Origin: a virus
Direction: 5' to 3' (one strand)
Length of the DNA stretch: 64,000 bases
Virus record (IMG/VR): IMGVR_UViG_3300020160_001966
Span: 52,360 to 116,359 of that record
Shown here: piece by piece, positions 18,641 through 29,206 of the stretch
Layout: the number at the start of each line of letters is the position of its first letter
Numbering within the stretch: position 1 is the stretch's first letter
The notes under the pieces: generated by a model
Told to the model about the DNA's origin: nothing
Databases searched by the model: none
The model's input: the letters and a program-made list of their open reading frames with translations, nothing else
Program-made: the position numbers and the translations under genes

Positions 18641-20427
18641 AAAAAATAATATTTAAAACTTTAAAATTAAAAAATTTTTTTAGTGTTGGAAATGAACCTG
18701 TTGTTATAAATTTTCAAAAAGGTCTTAATATTATAACAGGTATCAATAAAGACTTAATGGATAGACAAAATGGGACTGGTAAAAGTACTATTATAGACGC
18801 TTTTCATTTTTCTTTGTTTGGGGAGACTACTAGAGATTTAAAAAAGGAATTTGTTTGCAATAATATAACGAATGAAATGTCTGAAGTGTCTTTAGCATTT
18901 TCTATAGGTGATGATCGATATGAAATATATAGAACATTGAAGCCTTCCAAATGCTACTTGTACCATAATGAGGAAGATATAAGCAGGGATAGTATGTCTA
19001 ATACTACTGAATATGTTTTATCATTACTTAAAATAACACCAGAGATTTTTTCTAATTGCATATGTCTTTCTATAAATTCTACAGTTCCTTTCATGGCTCA
19101 GAAAAAGATAGAAAAAAGAAAATTCATAGAAAATGTTTTTAATTTGAACATTTTTTCTGAAATGAATTGTTTTTTAAAAGAAGATTATTCTGATGTTAAG
19201 AAAAAATTGGAATATAATAGAGAAATGCATGTCCAATCGGAAAACAATTTAAAAATATTATTTGAAAAAAATAAAAAAATAACCGAGGAGCGTCTTAATA
19301 GAATTTTACATTGTGAGGATAATGTAAAAGAATACTCTGAGGAGATTGCTCAGTTGAATGAGTTCATATCTAATTATAACCCATCAGATAGTAAAAAAAA
19401 TGAAATAAAAATACAGAAATTGTCAGATAAGGAAATTGAAAGAAATAATGCTAAAGATATTCAAATTAATGAAATCTCTAGATTAAAAACTAGTATAGAT
19501 TTTTTGAATAAGAATCTATCTAAAATAGGGACCAAGGAAAGTAAATGTCCAGTTTGTTTAAAATCGTTAGATGATCACGATTTTGAATACATTGAAGAGG
19601 AGAAAAACAAAATTTTAAAAGATATTGAAAATTTCAATAAAGAAATGTCTTCAAAAAGTGTAGAACTTCAAAATTTAAAAAAAGAAATAGAGTTGATAAT
19701 AAAGGCTAAAAATGTTTTAAATCAAGAAATAAACATTGATAAATTAAAAGAACAAAAAATAGTTAATGATAGAAATAAAATAACATCTTTGAATAAAAAG
19801 ATGTTAGATCAACAGAAAGAAATAGATTCTTTAAAAAGTTTAAACATTAAAGAGAATGACGATACGGAACTATATGAAAAAAAATTACAAGAGATAAAGG
19901 ATGGGATCGATGTATTAGTTTCCAAGATGTATATTTTGGAAAATGTTAAATTTGCTTTGTCCGAGGAAGGTATAAAAAGTTTTGTGGTCAACAAAATGTT
20001 GAAATTGTTCAATGGTAAAATATCGCATTACTTGAAAGAAATGAACTCAAACATAACCGTGCAATTCGATCAATATTTTGAAGAAACTATTAAAAATGAG
20101 AGAAATAAACCTACGATGTATTTTAATTATAGCGGAGCGGAGAGAAAGGCTATAGACTTGGCTATCATGTTTGCTTTCATAGATATTTTGAAAATGCAGA
20201 CCAATATTAATTACAATGTTCAATTTTATGATGAATTATTGGATACTAGTTTAGATTCATCTGGAGTTGAAAGTGTTGTGAAAATATTGAATAGTTTTGT
20301 GGATAATGATAATTATGGCATATATGTCATCTCCCACAGAAAAGAATGTTCGAAAATGTCAACTGGTGAAGTTGTATTTTTGGAAAAGGATAATGGTATA
20401 ACGAAAAGAGTTGCTATTGAGGTTTGA
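18637..20427 (+). CDS. gp46: Recombination ATPase subunit (Rad50/SbcC-like)
   Basis: NGTGKST, CPVC zinc hook, YSGAE signature, FYDE Walker B, ISH. Confidence 0.9.
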   Translation: MKKIIFKTLKLKNFFSVGNEPVVINFQKGLNIITGINKDLMDRQNGTGKSTIIDAFHFSLFGETTRDLKKEFVCNNITNEMSEVSLAFSIGDDRYEIYRTLKPSKCYLYHNEEDISRDSMSNTTEYVLSLLKITPEIFSNCICLSINSTVPFMAQKKIEKRKFIENVFNLNIFSEMNCFLKEDYSDVKKKLEYNREMHVQSENNLKILFEKNKKITEERLNRILHCEDNVKEYSEEIAQLNEFISNYNPSDSKKNEIKIQKLSDKEIERNNAKDIQINEISRLKTSIDFLNKNLSKIGTKESKCPVCLKSLDDHDFEYIEEEKNKILKDIENFNKEMSSKSVELQNLKKEIELIIKAKNVLNQEINIDKLKEQKIVNDRNKITSLNKKMLDQQKEIDSLKSLNIKENDDTELYEKKLQEIKDGIDVLVSKMYILENVKFALSEEGIKSFVVNKMLKLFNGKISHYLKEMNSNITVQFDQYFEETIKNERNKPTMYFNYSGAERKAIDLAIMFAFIDILKMQTNINYNVQFYDELLDTSLDSSGVESVVKILNSFVDNDNYGIYVISHRKECSKMSTGEVVFLEKDNGITKRVAIEV

Positions 20428-20462
20428 TTTATTCGATGTTTTAAGTATATATTTTAAATACC

Positions 20463-21686
20463 ATGATTCAGTTACCAAGCAATTTTATAACGTCTCCCTT
20501 ATTGAAAAATTCTAGAAATTATGAACCTATTTTGCAGAAAAAAAATAATGTTGATGATTTAACTCCACCAGAGGCCAATGTTCCTAGAGTATTACAATAC
20601 TACGCTGATTATAGTGGGTGTGGTTTCTGGAGAATGATATGGCCAGAGCATTTGTTGAATGCTTTCAATCACTTCACGGTTCATGGTTCTACAGTGATGA
20701 ATTTGGATCCTAGATATTATGTTAATGTCAAAGCTGTAAGAATACAAAGGCAAGCTACTTCACATCAACTTAGATTCGTCCAATTCTTAAAAGAGATATC
20801 TAAAGAAATTGGGTTTAGAGTTATATATGAAATTGATGATTTAATATTTGCCGAAGATATTCCAGAGTATAACAAATATAAGCCAGCTTTTACTGATCCA
20901 GAAATTAGAAAAAACTGTCAAGAAATTATGTCTTTGTGTGATGAAATTACGGTAACTTGTCCATTCATGAAGCAATATTATATGGAAAAAACTGGACACA
21001 AGAATGTCACAATAATTCCAAATTTCCCTCCTAAATTTTGGCTTGGTCATTTTTATGACGAAAAGCAAATATCTAATAATTACGATACTTATAAATCCAA
21101 ACCTCGTATACTATATGCTGGATCTGGTGCTCACTTTGATGTTGATAATAGAGTAAATCAAAACGATGATTTCGCCCACGTTATTGATGTTATAGCTAAA
21201 ACTGTAGACAAATATCAATGGGTTTTCTTAGGTGCATATCCATTGCCTCTTAGAAATTTGGTACAATCTGGTAAAATAGAGTTTCATCCTTGGACTAATT
21301 TATATTTTTACGGTGAGAAAATTAAAAATCTAAGAATAAACATGCTAGTTGCTCCTTTGCAGAATAATAATTTTAATAAATCCAAATCAGATTTGAAATT
21401 GATAGAGGCTAATGCTTTTGGTTTACCAATTGCTTGTCAAAATCTATGCACTTATGAAAACGCTAGATTTAAATTTGATACTGGGGAAGAAATGATAGAT
21501 ATGATTGGCGATGTTCTTAGTAAGAAGGGTAGATACATGAATATATCTGGTAGAGCTAGATCCGATGCTAATAAAAGATGGTTAGAGAATGATGATAATA
21601 TTAAATGCTATCAAGAATTATTTTCTTTACCCTATGGTCATAAAGATAGGAAAATTTTGAATGCTATTAACGGTATAGTTGTTTAA
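20463..21686 (+). CDS. Phage GT-B glycosyltransferase-like protein
   Basis: YADYSGCGFWRMIWP, YEIDD, PL..N.FN.SKSDLK..E. Confidence 0.65.
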   Translation: MIQLPSNFITSPLLKNSRNYEPILQKKNNVDDLTPPEANVPRVLQYYADYSGCGFWRMIWPEHLLNAFNHFTVHGSTVMNLDPRYYVNVKAVRIQRQATSHQLRFVQFLKEISKEIGFRVIYEIDDLIFAEDIPEYNKYKPAFTDPEIRKNCQEIMSLCDEITVTCPFMKQYYMEKTGHKNVTIIPNFPPKFWLGHFYDEKQISNNYDTYKSKPRILYAGSGAHFDVDNRVNQNDDFAHVIDVIAKTVDKYQWVFLGAYPLPLRNLVQSGKIEFHPWTNLYFYGEKIKNLRINMLVAPLQNNNFNKSKSDLKLIEANAFGLPIACQNLCTYENARFKFDTGEEMIDMIGDVLSKKGRYMNISGRARSDANKRWLENDDNIKCYQELFSLPYGHKDRKILNAINGIVV

Positions 21687-21990
21687 TTAAAAACAAAATG
21701 CTTGGATATGTAAAATATGTTAATATTGGATACCATAGTGGATAATTCAATATTAACATTGTTAAGCCTCCAATTATTAATGATAGCCAAAAACTCATAC
21801 ATATCCAACAGGATAAAAGTTTTCCTAAAAATTCATTTTTAAAAGATACGATATCTATGAATTTATCAAAAGTGTATATGTATTTTTTATTAAAAAAAAT
21901 ATGGGATATTGTTGTTGTTAGTGGTGAAAAGAACCATAGTATGAGTATGCTGTTTACTATAAATAACCCCATTACATACGCCGTTGTCAT
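21667..21990 (-). CDS. DUF1360-like small membrane protein
   Basis: Hydrophobic helices; LLSCWICMSFW. Confidence 0.55.
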   Translation of the reverse strand: MTTAYVMGLFIVNSILILWFFSPLTTTISHIFFNKKYIYTFDKFIDIVSFKNEFLGKLLSCWICMSFWLSLIIGGLTMLILNYPLWYPILTYFTYPSILFLIKQLYR

Positions 21991-22181
21991 TTTTTCAAAT
22001 ACTCTTTAATTCTGGATATAAAACCGTTTCTCAAATTTCTTTCCGCACATGAATTACATCCACCTTGTCTTTTTATAGCGTCTAATGTTCTATTGTATTC
22101 GTCTCTAAGGGATTGACAATCGGTTATCTCTTGTGGACACGGTTGGTTGTTATCGAAAAATCTGCTTGCAATGTCTTCCAT
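21987..22181 (-). CDS. Small Cys-containing protein
   Basis: Start MEDIASRFF at 22181, TATAAATA 14 nt upstream; CP......C and GGCNSC. Confidence 0.5.
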   Translation of the reverse strand: MEDIASRFFDNNQPCPQEITDCQSLRDEYNRTLDAIKRQGGCNSCAERNLRNGFISRIKEYLKK

Positions 22182-22222
22182 AAACTGTATAATTATATTT
22201 ATAATTAAAACAAAAAATTCAA

Positions 22223-24796
22223 ATGTATAGAAATTTGTCATATAATTCTAAAAAACAATGTATGAAAATCTTCACTTGGAGTGAAGATGGTCAAAGAATC
22301 GTAGCAGATACATCATATCGACCTTATTTGTATTTGGAGACTAATGGTGATCATGAAGCGGTGAGTATTTTTAACACAAAATTAAAAAAGAAATCATTTT
22401 CAACTCAATTTGATAGATTAAAATATGTAAAAGAACTTGACCCATCTACTAGATTATTCGAGAACTTAAATGTTTATCAGCAATTTTTGATCGACATGTT
22501 TCATAATGAATATCAAAAACCTGATTTTTTAAAACATCCTTTAAAGGTTTATTACTTGGATATTGAGGTTTATTCTAAAGATGAAGGATTTCCCCATCCA
22601 GAACAAGCCAATGCTATAGTTAATGTCATAACGTTATATAATTCTTTGGATGATGTATATCATACTTGGGGTTTGAAGCAATACAAATCCAAAGAATCGA
22701 ATATATATTATCACCATTGTTCTTCGGAGAAACAATTGTTGGAGAAATTTATATCTTATATCGAAAAGGATCATATGGATGTATTGTCTGGTTGGAATAG
22801 TAAACTTTTCGATATACCATATTTGGTTAATAGGATTCGAAAGATATGTGGAGATGAAGATGTTTTAAGATTGTCTCCAACCAATAATGTTTATAGTAGA
22901 AAAGCATTTGGTAAATTTGGAAGAGAAGAGACTGTTTGGGTTTTAGATGGAGTCTCTTCTGTGGATTATATTGATGCGTATAGAAAATTTTGTTTAATTC
23001 CTAGAGAGAATTACAAATTAGACACTATAGCATCCATAGAGTTGGGTGAGAATAAAGTGGATTATGGTGGTGGTAATTTTTCTGATTTGGCCGATAATAA
23101 TTGGGAAACATTCGTAGACTATAATATTCAAGACGTTAAAATTCTAGTAAAGCTGGATAACAATTTAAGATATATGGAGCTTTTAAGGTCTTTGTCCGTG
23201 ACTGGTTTGACAACGATGGAGAGTGCTTTGCATAGTATAGGTGTTATAACTGGAGCAGCTGCAATAAGAGCTAGGGCTAGAGATAAAAAAATACCTACTT
23301 TTATAAGAGATTCTGATAAAATTTCCAAAAACGAAGGAGCTTTTGTGAAAGAGCCAGAGTCTGGTATACATAAACATTTGGTATCTTTCGATGCCAATTC
23401 TCTTTATCCCAACACTATGATAACTCTAAACATATCTCCTGAAACAAAGATTGGTGTTGTTATAGAAGAGAATGAAAATGAGATAAAATTGAGGGATGTT
23501 AACGATAAAACTCATACTTTATCTAAAAGTTCATTTAAAAAACTTATAGAAAAGGAAAGTATATCTATTTCTAAAGCAAATGTTTTATTTACTCAAAAGA
23601 AAAAGGGTTTATTTCCTGAGATAATTGATATTTACTATAAAAAGCGGGTTGATGCTAGGAAAGAATTGAACAAATTAGAAAGGGAAATATCGGAAATGGA
23701 GGATGGAGATGCTAAAGATGTATTAAAAAATGAGGCGAAACTTTTCGATATCAAGCAAATGACTTATAAAATTTTCTTAAATTCAATTTATGGCGCTTTT
23801 GGTAACAAGTATTTTGTTTTAGGTGATGATGATTTGGCTAGATCTATAACTTTGACAGGTCAATCTATTATTAATGAAGGATCGAGTGTTTTAACAAATT
23901 ATGTGGAGAATATAGTTGAAAAGAAAGTGTCTAGGGATGTTATTAGATATATAGACACCGACAGTTTGTTTTTTTCATTTGATGAAATTATCGAAAATAA
24001 TAAAATTGTTTTTTCTGAAAAAAATAAAGTTACAAAAGAGATGTATGATCTTATAGATGATGCTACAAAATATTTAAACGAAAATATTAAAAAATGGGCT
24101 GAGATTGAACTTAACAGTAAAGATCCTAGAATAGAATTTAAGAGAGAAAAAATATGTGATCTTGGTATGTTCTTGAAAAAGAAACATTACATATTACACA
24201 TATTAGATTCTGAAGGCATAAAATGTGATAAATTTAAATATACTGGTGTTGATGTGGTAAAAAGCACTATGCCTAAAAAAGTTAAACCTTTTGTAAAAAA
24301 TATCGCAGAAACTCTTTTGACCACGATGGATCATTCTAAAACGAATGATGTTATTGTTAAAGCGCATGATGAATTTTTGAAACTTTCATTGGAGGAAATT
24401 TCTACTATAGTTGGTATAAAAAATTACGATAAGTATTCCAAAATGTGTCAAGAGTTTCAAACTGTTAAAGGTATGCCTTATCACGTTAAAGCTGCATATT
24501 ATCACAATTTACTTTTGGATAGGTTGGAATTGGGTAAAAAATATGAAAAAATACAAAGCGGAGATAAGATTAAATTGTTTTATTTGAAACAACCTAATCG
24601 TTTTGGTATAGATTCCATAGCTTTTAAATACTATTATCCAGATGAATTTAGGAGTTTGTTTGAAATAGATTATGAAAAAATGTTTGATAAAATAATATAT
24701 TCTCCAGTTCAAAAATTTTTCAAAACAGTGAATTGGATACCTCAAAAACCTAACAATATGGTAGCTTGTAATTTGATGGATTTTTTATCTGAATAG
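22223..24796 (+). CDS. gp43: Family B DNA polymerase
   Basis: LDIEV exonuclease, FDANSLYP, KIFLNSIYG, YIDTDS. Confidence 0.95.
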   Translation: MYRNLSYNSKKQCMKIFTWSEDGQRIVADTSYRPYLYLETNGDHEAVSIFNTKLKKKSFSTQFDRLKYVKELDPSTRLFENLNVYQQFLIDMFHNEYQKPDFLKHPLKVYYLDIEVYSKDEGFPHPEQANAIVNVITLYNSLDDVYHTWGLKQYKSKESNIYYHHCSSEKQLLEKFISYIEKDHMDVLSGWNSKLFDIPYLVNRIRKICGDEDVLRLSPTNNVYSRKAFGKFGREETVWVLDGVSSVDYIDAYRKFCLIPRENYKLDTIASIELGENKVDYGGGNFSDLADNNWETFVDYNIQDVKILVKLDNNLRYMELLRSLSVTGLTTMESALHSIGVITGAAAIRARARDKKIPTFIRDSDKISKNEGAFVKEPESGIHKHLVSFDANSLYPNTMITLNISPETKIGVVIEENENEIKLRDVNDKTHTLSKSSFKKLIEKESISISKANVLFTQKKKGLFPEIIDIYYKKRVDARKELNKLEREISEMEDGDAKDVLKNEAKLFDIKQMTYKIFLNSIYGAFGNKYFVLGDDDLARSITLTGQSIINEGSSVLTNYVENIVEKKVSRDVIRYIDTDSLFFSFDEIIENNKIVFSEKNKVTKEMYDLIDDATKYLNENIKKWAEIELNSKDPRIEFKREKICDLGMFLKKKHYILHILDSEGIKCDKFKYTGVDVVKSTMPKKVKPFVKNIAETLLTTMDHSKTNDVIVKAHDEFLKLSLEEISTIVGIKNYDKYSKMCQEFQTVKGMPYHVKAAYYHNLLLDRLELGKKYEKIQSGDKIKLFYLKQPNRFGIDSIAFKYYYPDEFRSLFEIDYEKMFDKIIYSPVQKFFKTVNWIPQKPNNMVACNLMDFLSE

Positions 24797-24798
24797 TG

Positions 24799-24826
24799 TT
24801 GACATTTCGTATATTTTTGTTAAATT
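24799..24826 (+). promoter_or_regulatory. Sigma70-type promoter
   Basis: TTGACA-N16-TAAATT, 7 nt before ATG 24834. Confidence 0.6.
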
Positions 24827-24833
24827 ATAGTCT

Positions 24834-25181
24834 ATGGAAAATAAAGTTAAAGTATTCATTGATCATGTTGGACACACAATTGTTGGAGAACTTTTGGGTG
24901 AAGAAAATAAAATTTTAAAAATCAAAAATCCAGCAATTTTGATCGCATCTCCAAATAATAACGGTCAACTTACAGTTCAACTTGTTCCCGTCTTCTTTAA
25001 AGAATTTATAAAGCAAGATAAGAGGGAAAATGGTTCTGTTTTTAATTATAATGTGGATAACATTGTGTCTTCTGAAGTCGATTTGGAAACACGTTTGTTG
25101 GAACAATATGTTGGAATGTTCACACCAGCACCTAAAGTTGAAAATAAGGAGACTCCGACAATCAAATTGTTTGATGAGTAA
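24834..25181 (+). CDS. Hypothetical (Sm-like fold possible)
   Basis: VFIDHVGHTIVGE...IKNPA...LVP; upstream of uvsX. Confidence 0.5.
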   Translation: MENKVKVFIDHVGHTIVGELLGEENKILKIKNPAILIASPNNNGQLTVQLVPVFFKEFIKQDKRENGSVFNYNVDNIVSSEVDLETRLLEQYVGMFTPAPKVENKETPTIKLFDE

Positions 25182-25202
25182 TTAAATCTAATATTTGATG
25201 CT

Positions 25203-25240
25203 AAAAAAATCCGTGAGAGTTTGACTTTCACGGATTTTTT
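25203..25240. terminator. Intrinsic terminator, bidirectional-type hairpin
   Basis: AAAAAAATCCGTGAGAGT-TTG-ACTTTCACGGATTTTTT stem flanked by A and T runs. Confidence 0.7.
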
Positions 25241-25254
25241 GTTAACATATATAC

Positions 25255-26352
25255 ATGGCTAAAAATAAAAAAGAATCCGATGTAGGTGATGAAACTGTTG
25301 GTGATATTGAAGACGCTTTTAAGGTTTTAGAGGACTTGAATCCAGAAGCTGCGTATCTTAATCAGAACACCTTGTCTACGGTTAAGGATTGGATTGACAC
25401 TGGTTCAATGGCTCTAAATGCTGTTATATCTGGTTCTATATATGGCGGTATTCCTATGGGTAGGATTACTGGATTAGTTGGTCCACAAGCTTGTGGTAAA
25501 ACCTTAATTGCAAATAAAGTTATGGCAAATGCTCAAAAGAAAGGAATGCATGTTGTATATTTCGATACTGAAAATGCTTTAGATCCAGATACCGCTATTT
25601 CTTTAGGTTGCGATGCTAAAAGAATTAAACATTGTCCCATAGAAATCATTGAAGATTGTAGAAATCAAATAGTTAAATTTTTGAAGAATATTGTGGATAA
25701 TAAACTTCAAGGAAAGGTTATGATAGTTATAGATTCTTTGGGTAATTTGATATCCTCCAGAGAGGCTAAAATTATAGAAGATGGGAAGGATAGTGCTGAC
25801 ATGGGAGCCAGAGCCGTTTCTTTAAAAAGCATGTTGAGAGCTATTACACACGCCGCAGCTAAGGCTAATTGCGCTGTTTTATTCACAAATCATGTATATG
25901 ATAATCCAGCAGCACTATATCCAACATTGGTAAAAAACCAGAGTGGAGGTTCAGGTCCACTTTATATGTCTTCTGTAATCGTTCAATTAGCTACCAAACA
26001 AGAAAAAGTTGGAAAATCTGATAACAAAGACGCTGAAGAGGATGCTACAGCTTTAGCTAAAGGTATAAATGGTTTAACTATCAGGGCTTTCTGTGTGAAA
26101 AATAGATTTTCTATTCCGTTCTTGGAGACTGAAATGTATTTAAATTTTAAGACTGGTTTGAATGAATTGTCTGGTTTATTGGAAATGGCAGAAGGTTATA
26201 ATGTTTTACAAAAACAAGGTCATCGTTACGTTTTTAACGATGAAGTTTTGGGTTTTTATAAAGATTGGAAAAATGATGAAAATGTGTGGAATAAATTTTT
26301 ACCACTTTTGGATGAAACTTTGAAAAAAGAATTGAGATTTAAAAAGGAATAA
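25255..26352 (+). CDS. uvsX: RecA-like recombinase UvsX
   Basis: DTGSMALN, GPQACGKT, YFDTE, VIDSLGNL, SGGSG, KNRF. Confidence 0.9.
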   Translation: MAKNKKESDVGDETVGDIEDAFKVLEDLNPEAAYLNQNTLSTVKDWIDTGSMALNAVISGSIYGGIPMGRITGLVGPQACGKTLIANKVMANAQKKGMHVVYFDTENALDPDTAISLGCDAKRIKHCPIEIIEDCRNQIVKFLKNIVDNKLQGKVMIVIDSLGNLISSREAKIIEDGKDSADMGARAVSLKSMLRAITHAAAKANCAVLFTNHVYDNPAALYPTLVKNQSGGSGPLYMSSVIVQLATKQEKVGKSDNKDAEEDATALAKGINGLTIRAFCVKNRFSIPFLETEMYLNFKTGLNELSGLLEMAEGYNVLQKQGHRYVFNDEVLGFYKDWKNDENVWNKFLPLLDETLKKELRFKKE

Positions 26353-26356
26353 TATT

Positions 26357-26590
26357 ATGTATATATCAACTTGGGTATCAAAAAAATCACCTATAATGGA
26401 AGAAATCAGATTAGCTTTGAAGAAAAAAGCTGGCAAGGGAGAGCCTTCATTGTCTAGAAGAGAAGCTAATAGAACTTGGAGAGAAGACGTATTGGGCATA
26501 TTGTCCGATGAACAAAAAAGAGAAAGAAAGAATAAAAATAGAGAGAGAAATAATAGAAGTAAGAAAATAATTCAAATAGAGGAGGAATAA
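26357..26590 (+). CDS. Small basic hypothetical protein
   Basis: Open frame, K/R-rich. Confidence 0.4.
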   Translation: MYISTWVSKKSPIMEEIRLALKKKAGKGEPSLSRREANRTWREDVLGILSDEQKRERKNKNRERNNRSKKIIQIEEE

Positions 26591-26591
26591 T

Positions 26592-27860
26592 ATGAAATTC
26601 TTAAAATTGGGTAAGGATCTTGATCTTCATGCTCCAGATCAACATGGTCACAGTTTTAATATAAAAAGATATTATGAGTTGGAATATGGGTATGAATCTT
26701 CTTCTTTAAATATTTTTCAATATTTTGATATATCTCTTTTGGAGTATTTCTTCTCCAATTTTGAGTTTATATATCATTCTACCATAACTTTAAACGTGAA
26801 GGGTTTTGATGATAAATTAACTAAAGATAATTTTTTAAACTTCTTGAATGTAAAAAAAAGACCCAATTTTTATTTTAAACATGATGACTCTATTATAGTT
26901 TTGAGCATAGTTGATAATGATAATCAAGACGGATGTGAAAATTCGGAAGATGTTTTAAACGACAACTATGTTCAGCAAATGATAGATGATGAAGAAGAGG
27001 AATCTTCTTTAAACATAAAAAATGTTTATAAAAATATAAACAAAATGAATTCTAAGATACATGTTTCGCTTCATTATCCTAGTAATAAAATTTTTGATTC
27101 TTGGATGAAAGACTTTTCTTTCTTACAGAAGTATGTATTGGCAGACACTAAAAAAAATCAAGTTTGCGTATTGATGAAGAATCAATATGGTGAATATGAT
27201 TTTGAACCTTTGAACATAAAAGTTCCCAAAATAAATTTGGAATTGAATTATGGTCAAAGTTTTGGTAGTATATATGATAAAATTGTAAATAAGCTCTCCA
27301 ATATCAATAAAGGTCTTTATATGTTCCATGGACCGCCAGGTACTGGTAAAAGCAGCTTCATTAAACATTTGACTTCCGTTATAGATAAAGAGTTCATATT
27401 TATACCAGCAACTTTTTTGGAAAAATTTATTTCCGATCCAGATTTATTCTCCATTCTTATCAGAAGAAAAAAGTGCATATTAATTTTAGAAGATGCTGAA
27501 AAGATTTTAATATCTAGGGACGATCAAGAGAATCAATTCATATCGACTTTACTCAACATTTCAGATGGTATATTGTCTGATATTCTTGAGGCTTCTATAA
27601 TTTTAACTTTTAATTGTGAACACACTAAAATAGATAAAGCCTTGCGTAGAAAGGGTAGAACTATGATTGATTATAAATTCGACAAATTGAAAGTTGAAGA
27701 GGCTAAAAAGATGGCGAAATATTTAAATTTGTCTGAAGAGTTATTGAATAGCATAAATGAGCCAATGACTTTGAGTGAGATTTATAACATGAGTGATGAT
27801 AATAAATTCTATAATGAAGACGATAATAAGAGTAAAGTTATAGGGTTTGGAGTTAAATGA
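26592..27860 (+). CDS. AAA+ ATPase (BCS1-like)
   Basis: HGPPGTGKS, LILEDAE, LLNISDG, D.ALRRKGR. Confidence 0.85.
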   Translation: MKFLKLGKDLDLHAPDQHGHSFNIKRYYELEYGYESSSLNIFQYFDISLLEYFFSNFEFIYHSTITLNVKGFDDKLTKDNFLNFLNVKKRPNFYFKHDDSIIVLSIVDNDNQDGCENSEDVLNDNYVQQMIDDEEEESSLNIKNVYKNINKMNSKIHVSLHYPSNKIFDSWMKDFSFLQKYVLADTKKNQVCVLMKNQYGEYDFEPLNIKVPKINLELNYGQSFGSIYDKIVNKLSNINKGLYMFHGPPGTGKSSFIKHLTSVIDKEFIFIPATFLEKFISDPDLFSILIRRKKCILILEDAEKILISRDDQENQFISTLLNISDGILSDILEASIILTFNCEHTKIDKALRRKGRTMIDYKFDKLKVEEAKKMAKYLNLSEELLNSINEPMTLSEIYNMSDDNKFYNEDDNKSKVIGFGVK

Positions 27861-28500
27861 TATGATATATGGATCTAGTAGTAGGAAAAATTTTATAAAA
27901 TTAAAGAATGTAAATAAAATTTCAAAATCTGATGATGTTTCAATGTTGTTGATATTGAAAGAAAGTTTTGATGTTTATAAGATCAATCATTTATCTAAAA
28001 TGAAACAACCTCCTTCCTCCAATAAGGATGTTATTGCTTACTATGGGATAAATTCTCCAAATATTTCAAATGTTTTGGAGTCTAAAAAAATGCCTCCATT
28101 TTTTTATGAAAATTGGATTGTTGCTTTTTCTGGAGAAATGTTGAACGTCAATACTATATCTAATGTTTTTGAAAATTGTGATTTTTTAATACCAGACAAT
28201 AATTCGTGTTTAATAAATTGTATGTTAAATTTCATGCAACGAAACATTAAAAATGAGGTTGATGTTCTAAAGGAAGTTTTTTGTTTAATTGAGGGTTCTT
28301 ATTCTTGTTGGATTTTTAACATTAAAACTAAAAATTGTTTTTTATTAAAATGCAATTCGGATTTATATGCAAATATATATGATAATGATTTTTCAACAAA
28401 AGAAATTAATGGTTTTGAGCTATTAAATGATGGTGAGATATATCAATTGACCAAAGAAGGTATAACTTCTGTGGCGTATTTCGACTGTAGTTTATATTGA
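27847..28500 (+). CDS. Degenerate class II glutamine amidotransferase (Ntn)-like protein
   Basis: WIVAFSGEMLN, IEGSYSCWI and LY motifs; N-terminal Cys absent. Confidence 0.4.
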   Translation: MELNDMIYGSSSRKNFIKLKNVNKISKSDDVSMLLILKESFDVYKINHLSKMKQPPSSNKDVIAYYGINSPNISNVLESKKMPPFFYENWIVAFSGEMLNVNTISNVFENCDFLIPDNNSCLINCMLNFMQRNIKNEVDVLKEVFCLIEGSYSCWIFNIKTKNCFLLKCNSDLYANIYDNDFSTKEINGFELLNDGEIYQLTKEGITSVAYFDCSLY

Positions 28501-29166
28501 TTAATAGTTAGATGATCTAAAATCTTCATCATCTTTTCTAAAATCTGTACCCATGTCTCTGATTATATCTTCCCACTTACCCTTTAGTTCTTGTTTTTTC
28601 CAGTCTTGTTCTCTTTCATCAGAGTCGTCAAATTCCGAATAGTCATCATCTTCGAAAGACTGAAGAACGTCTGGTTCTTTATCTGGATCAAAATCTTCAA
28701 ACTTATCATCATCCATTTCTTCTTCGCTAATAGCGTTTAGTTCTATCAATTTATCGTAAATTGATAGAGGTGATGCGGTGATAATCCCCTCTTCATCATT
28801 TGTTGAAGAGTTTACTCTTTCTATAGCTTTTTTGATAGCGGATAAAATATCGACATCTTCCGTTACATTTGGAATATTTCTAAGAATTTCTCTAAGCTTT
28901 GGTCCAATATTCGTACTCAAATCTTCTGCTTTTACAACAACTTTTCTTTTAGGTTTTTCCTCTTGTTCTGTATCATTACCTTCTAAGTCAATATTTTCAG
29001 CATCATTATCCAAATCTCCCGTATCTATGTCATTTTCCACACTTGATTCTATATCACCAGTGTTGTCTTTCTCGTTATCGTTCTCATCAGAAACACTATC
29101 TTTGAACTTTTTTAAAATTTCTTCTCTATAGGATTCGAATATTGCTACTTGATCATTATTTCTCAT
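28501..29166 (-). CDS. Highly acidic protein with leader
   Basis: MRNNDQVAIFESY; D/E-rich; CTAAATA upstream. Confidence 0.55.
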   Translation of the reverse strand: MRNNDQVAIFESYREEILKKFKDSVSDENDNEKDNTGDIESSVENDIDTGDLDNDAENIDLEGNDTEQEEKPKRKVVVKAEDLSTNIGPKLREILRNIPNVTEDVDILSAIKKAIERVNSSTNDEEGIITASPLSIYDKLIELNAISEEEMDDDKFEDFDPDKEPDVLQSFEDDDYSEFDDSDEREQDWKKQELKGKWEDIIRDMGTDFRKDDEDFRSSNY

Positions 29167-29171
29167 ATTTG

Positions 29172-29199
29172 TTGAATTATTTAGTTTTTGGGTTACAAT
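29172..29199 (+). promoter_or_regulatory. Sigma70-type promoter
   Basis: TTGAAT-N16-TACAAT, 7 nt before ATG 29207. Confidence 0.55.
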
Positions 29200-29206
29200 A
29201 ATCTCA

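Noticed and set aside
22223-24796. Intein or intron in DNA polymerase or helicases
   Set aside because: Protein sizes are normal and the motifs are contiguous.
26581-26591. GGAGG Shine-Dalgarno before the AAA ATPase
   Set aside because: It coincides with Glu codons of the upstream gene and is an isolated case, so it does not overturn the SD-poor pattern.
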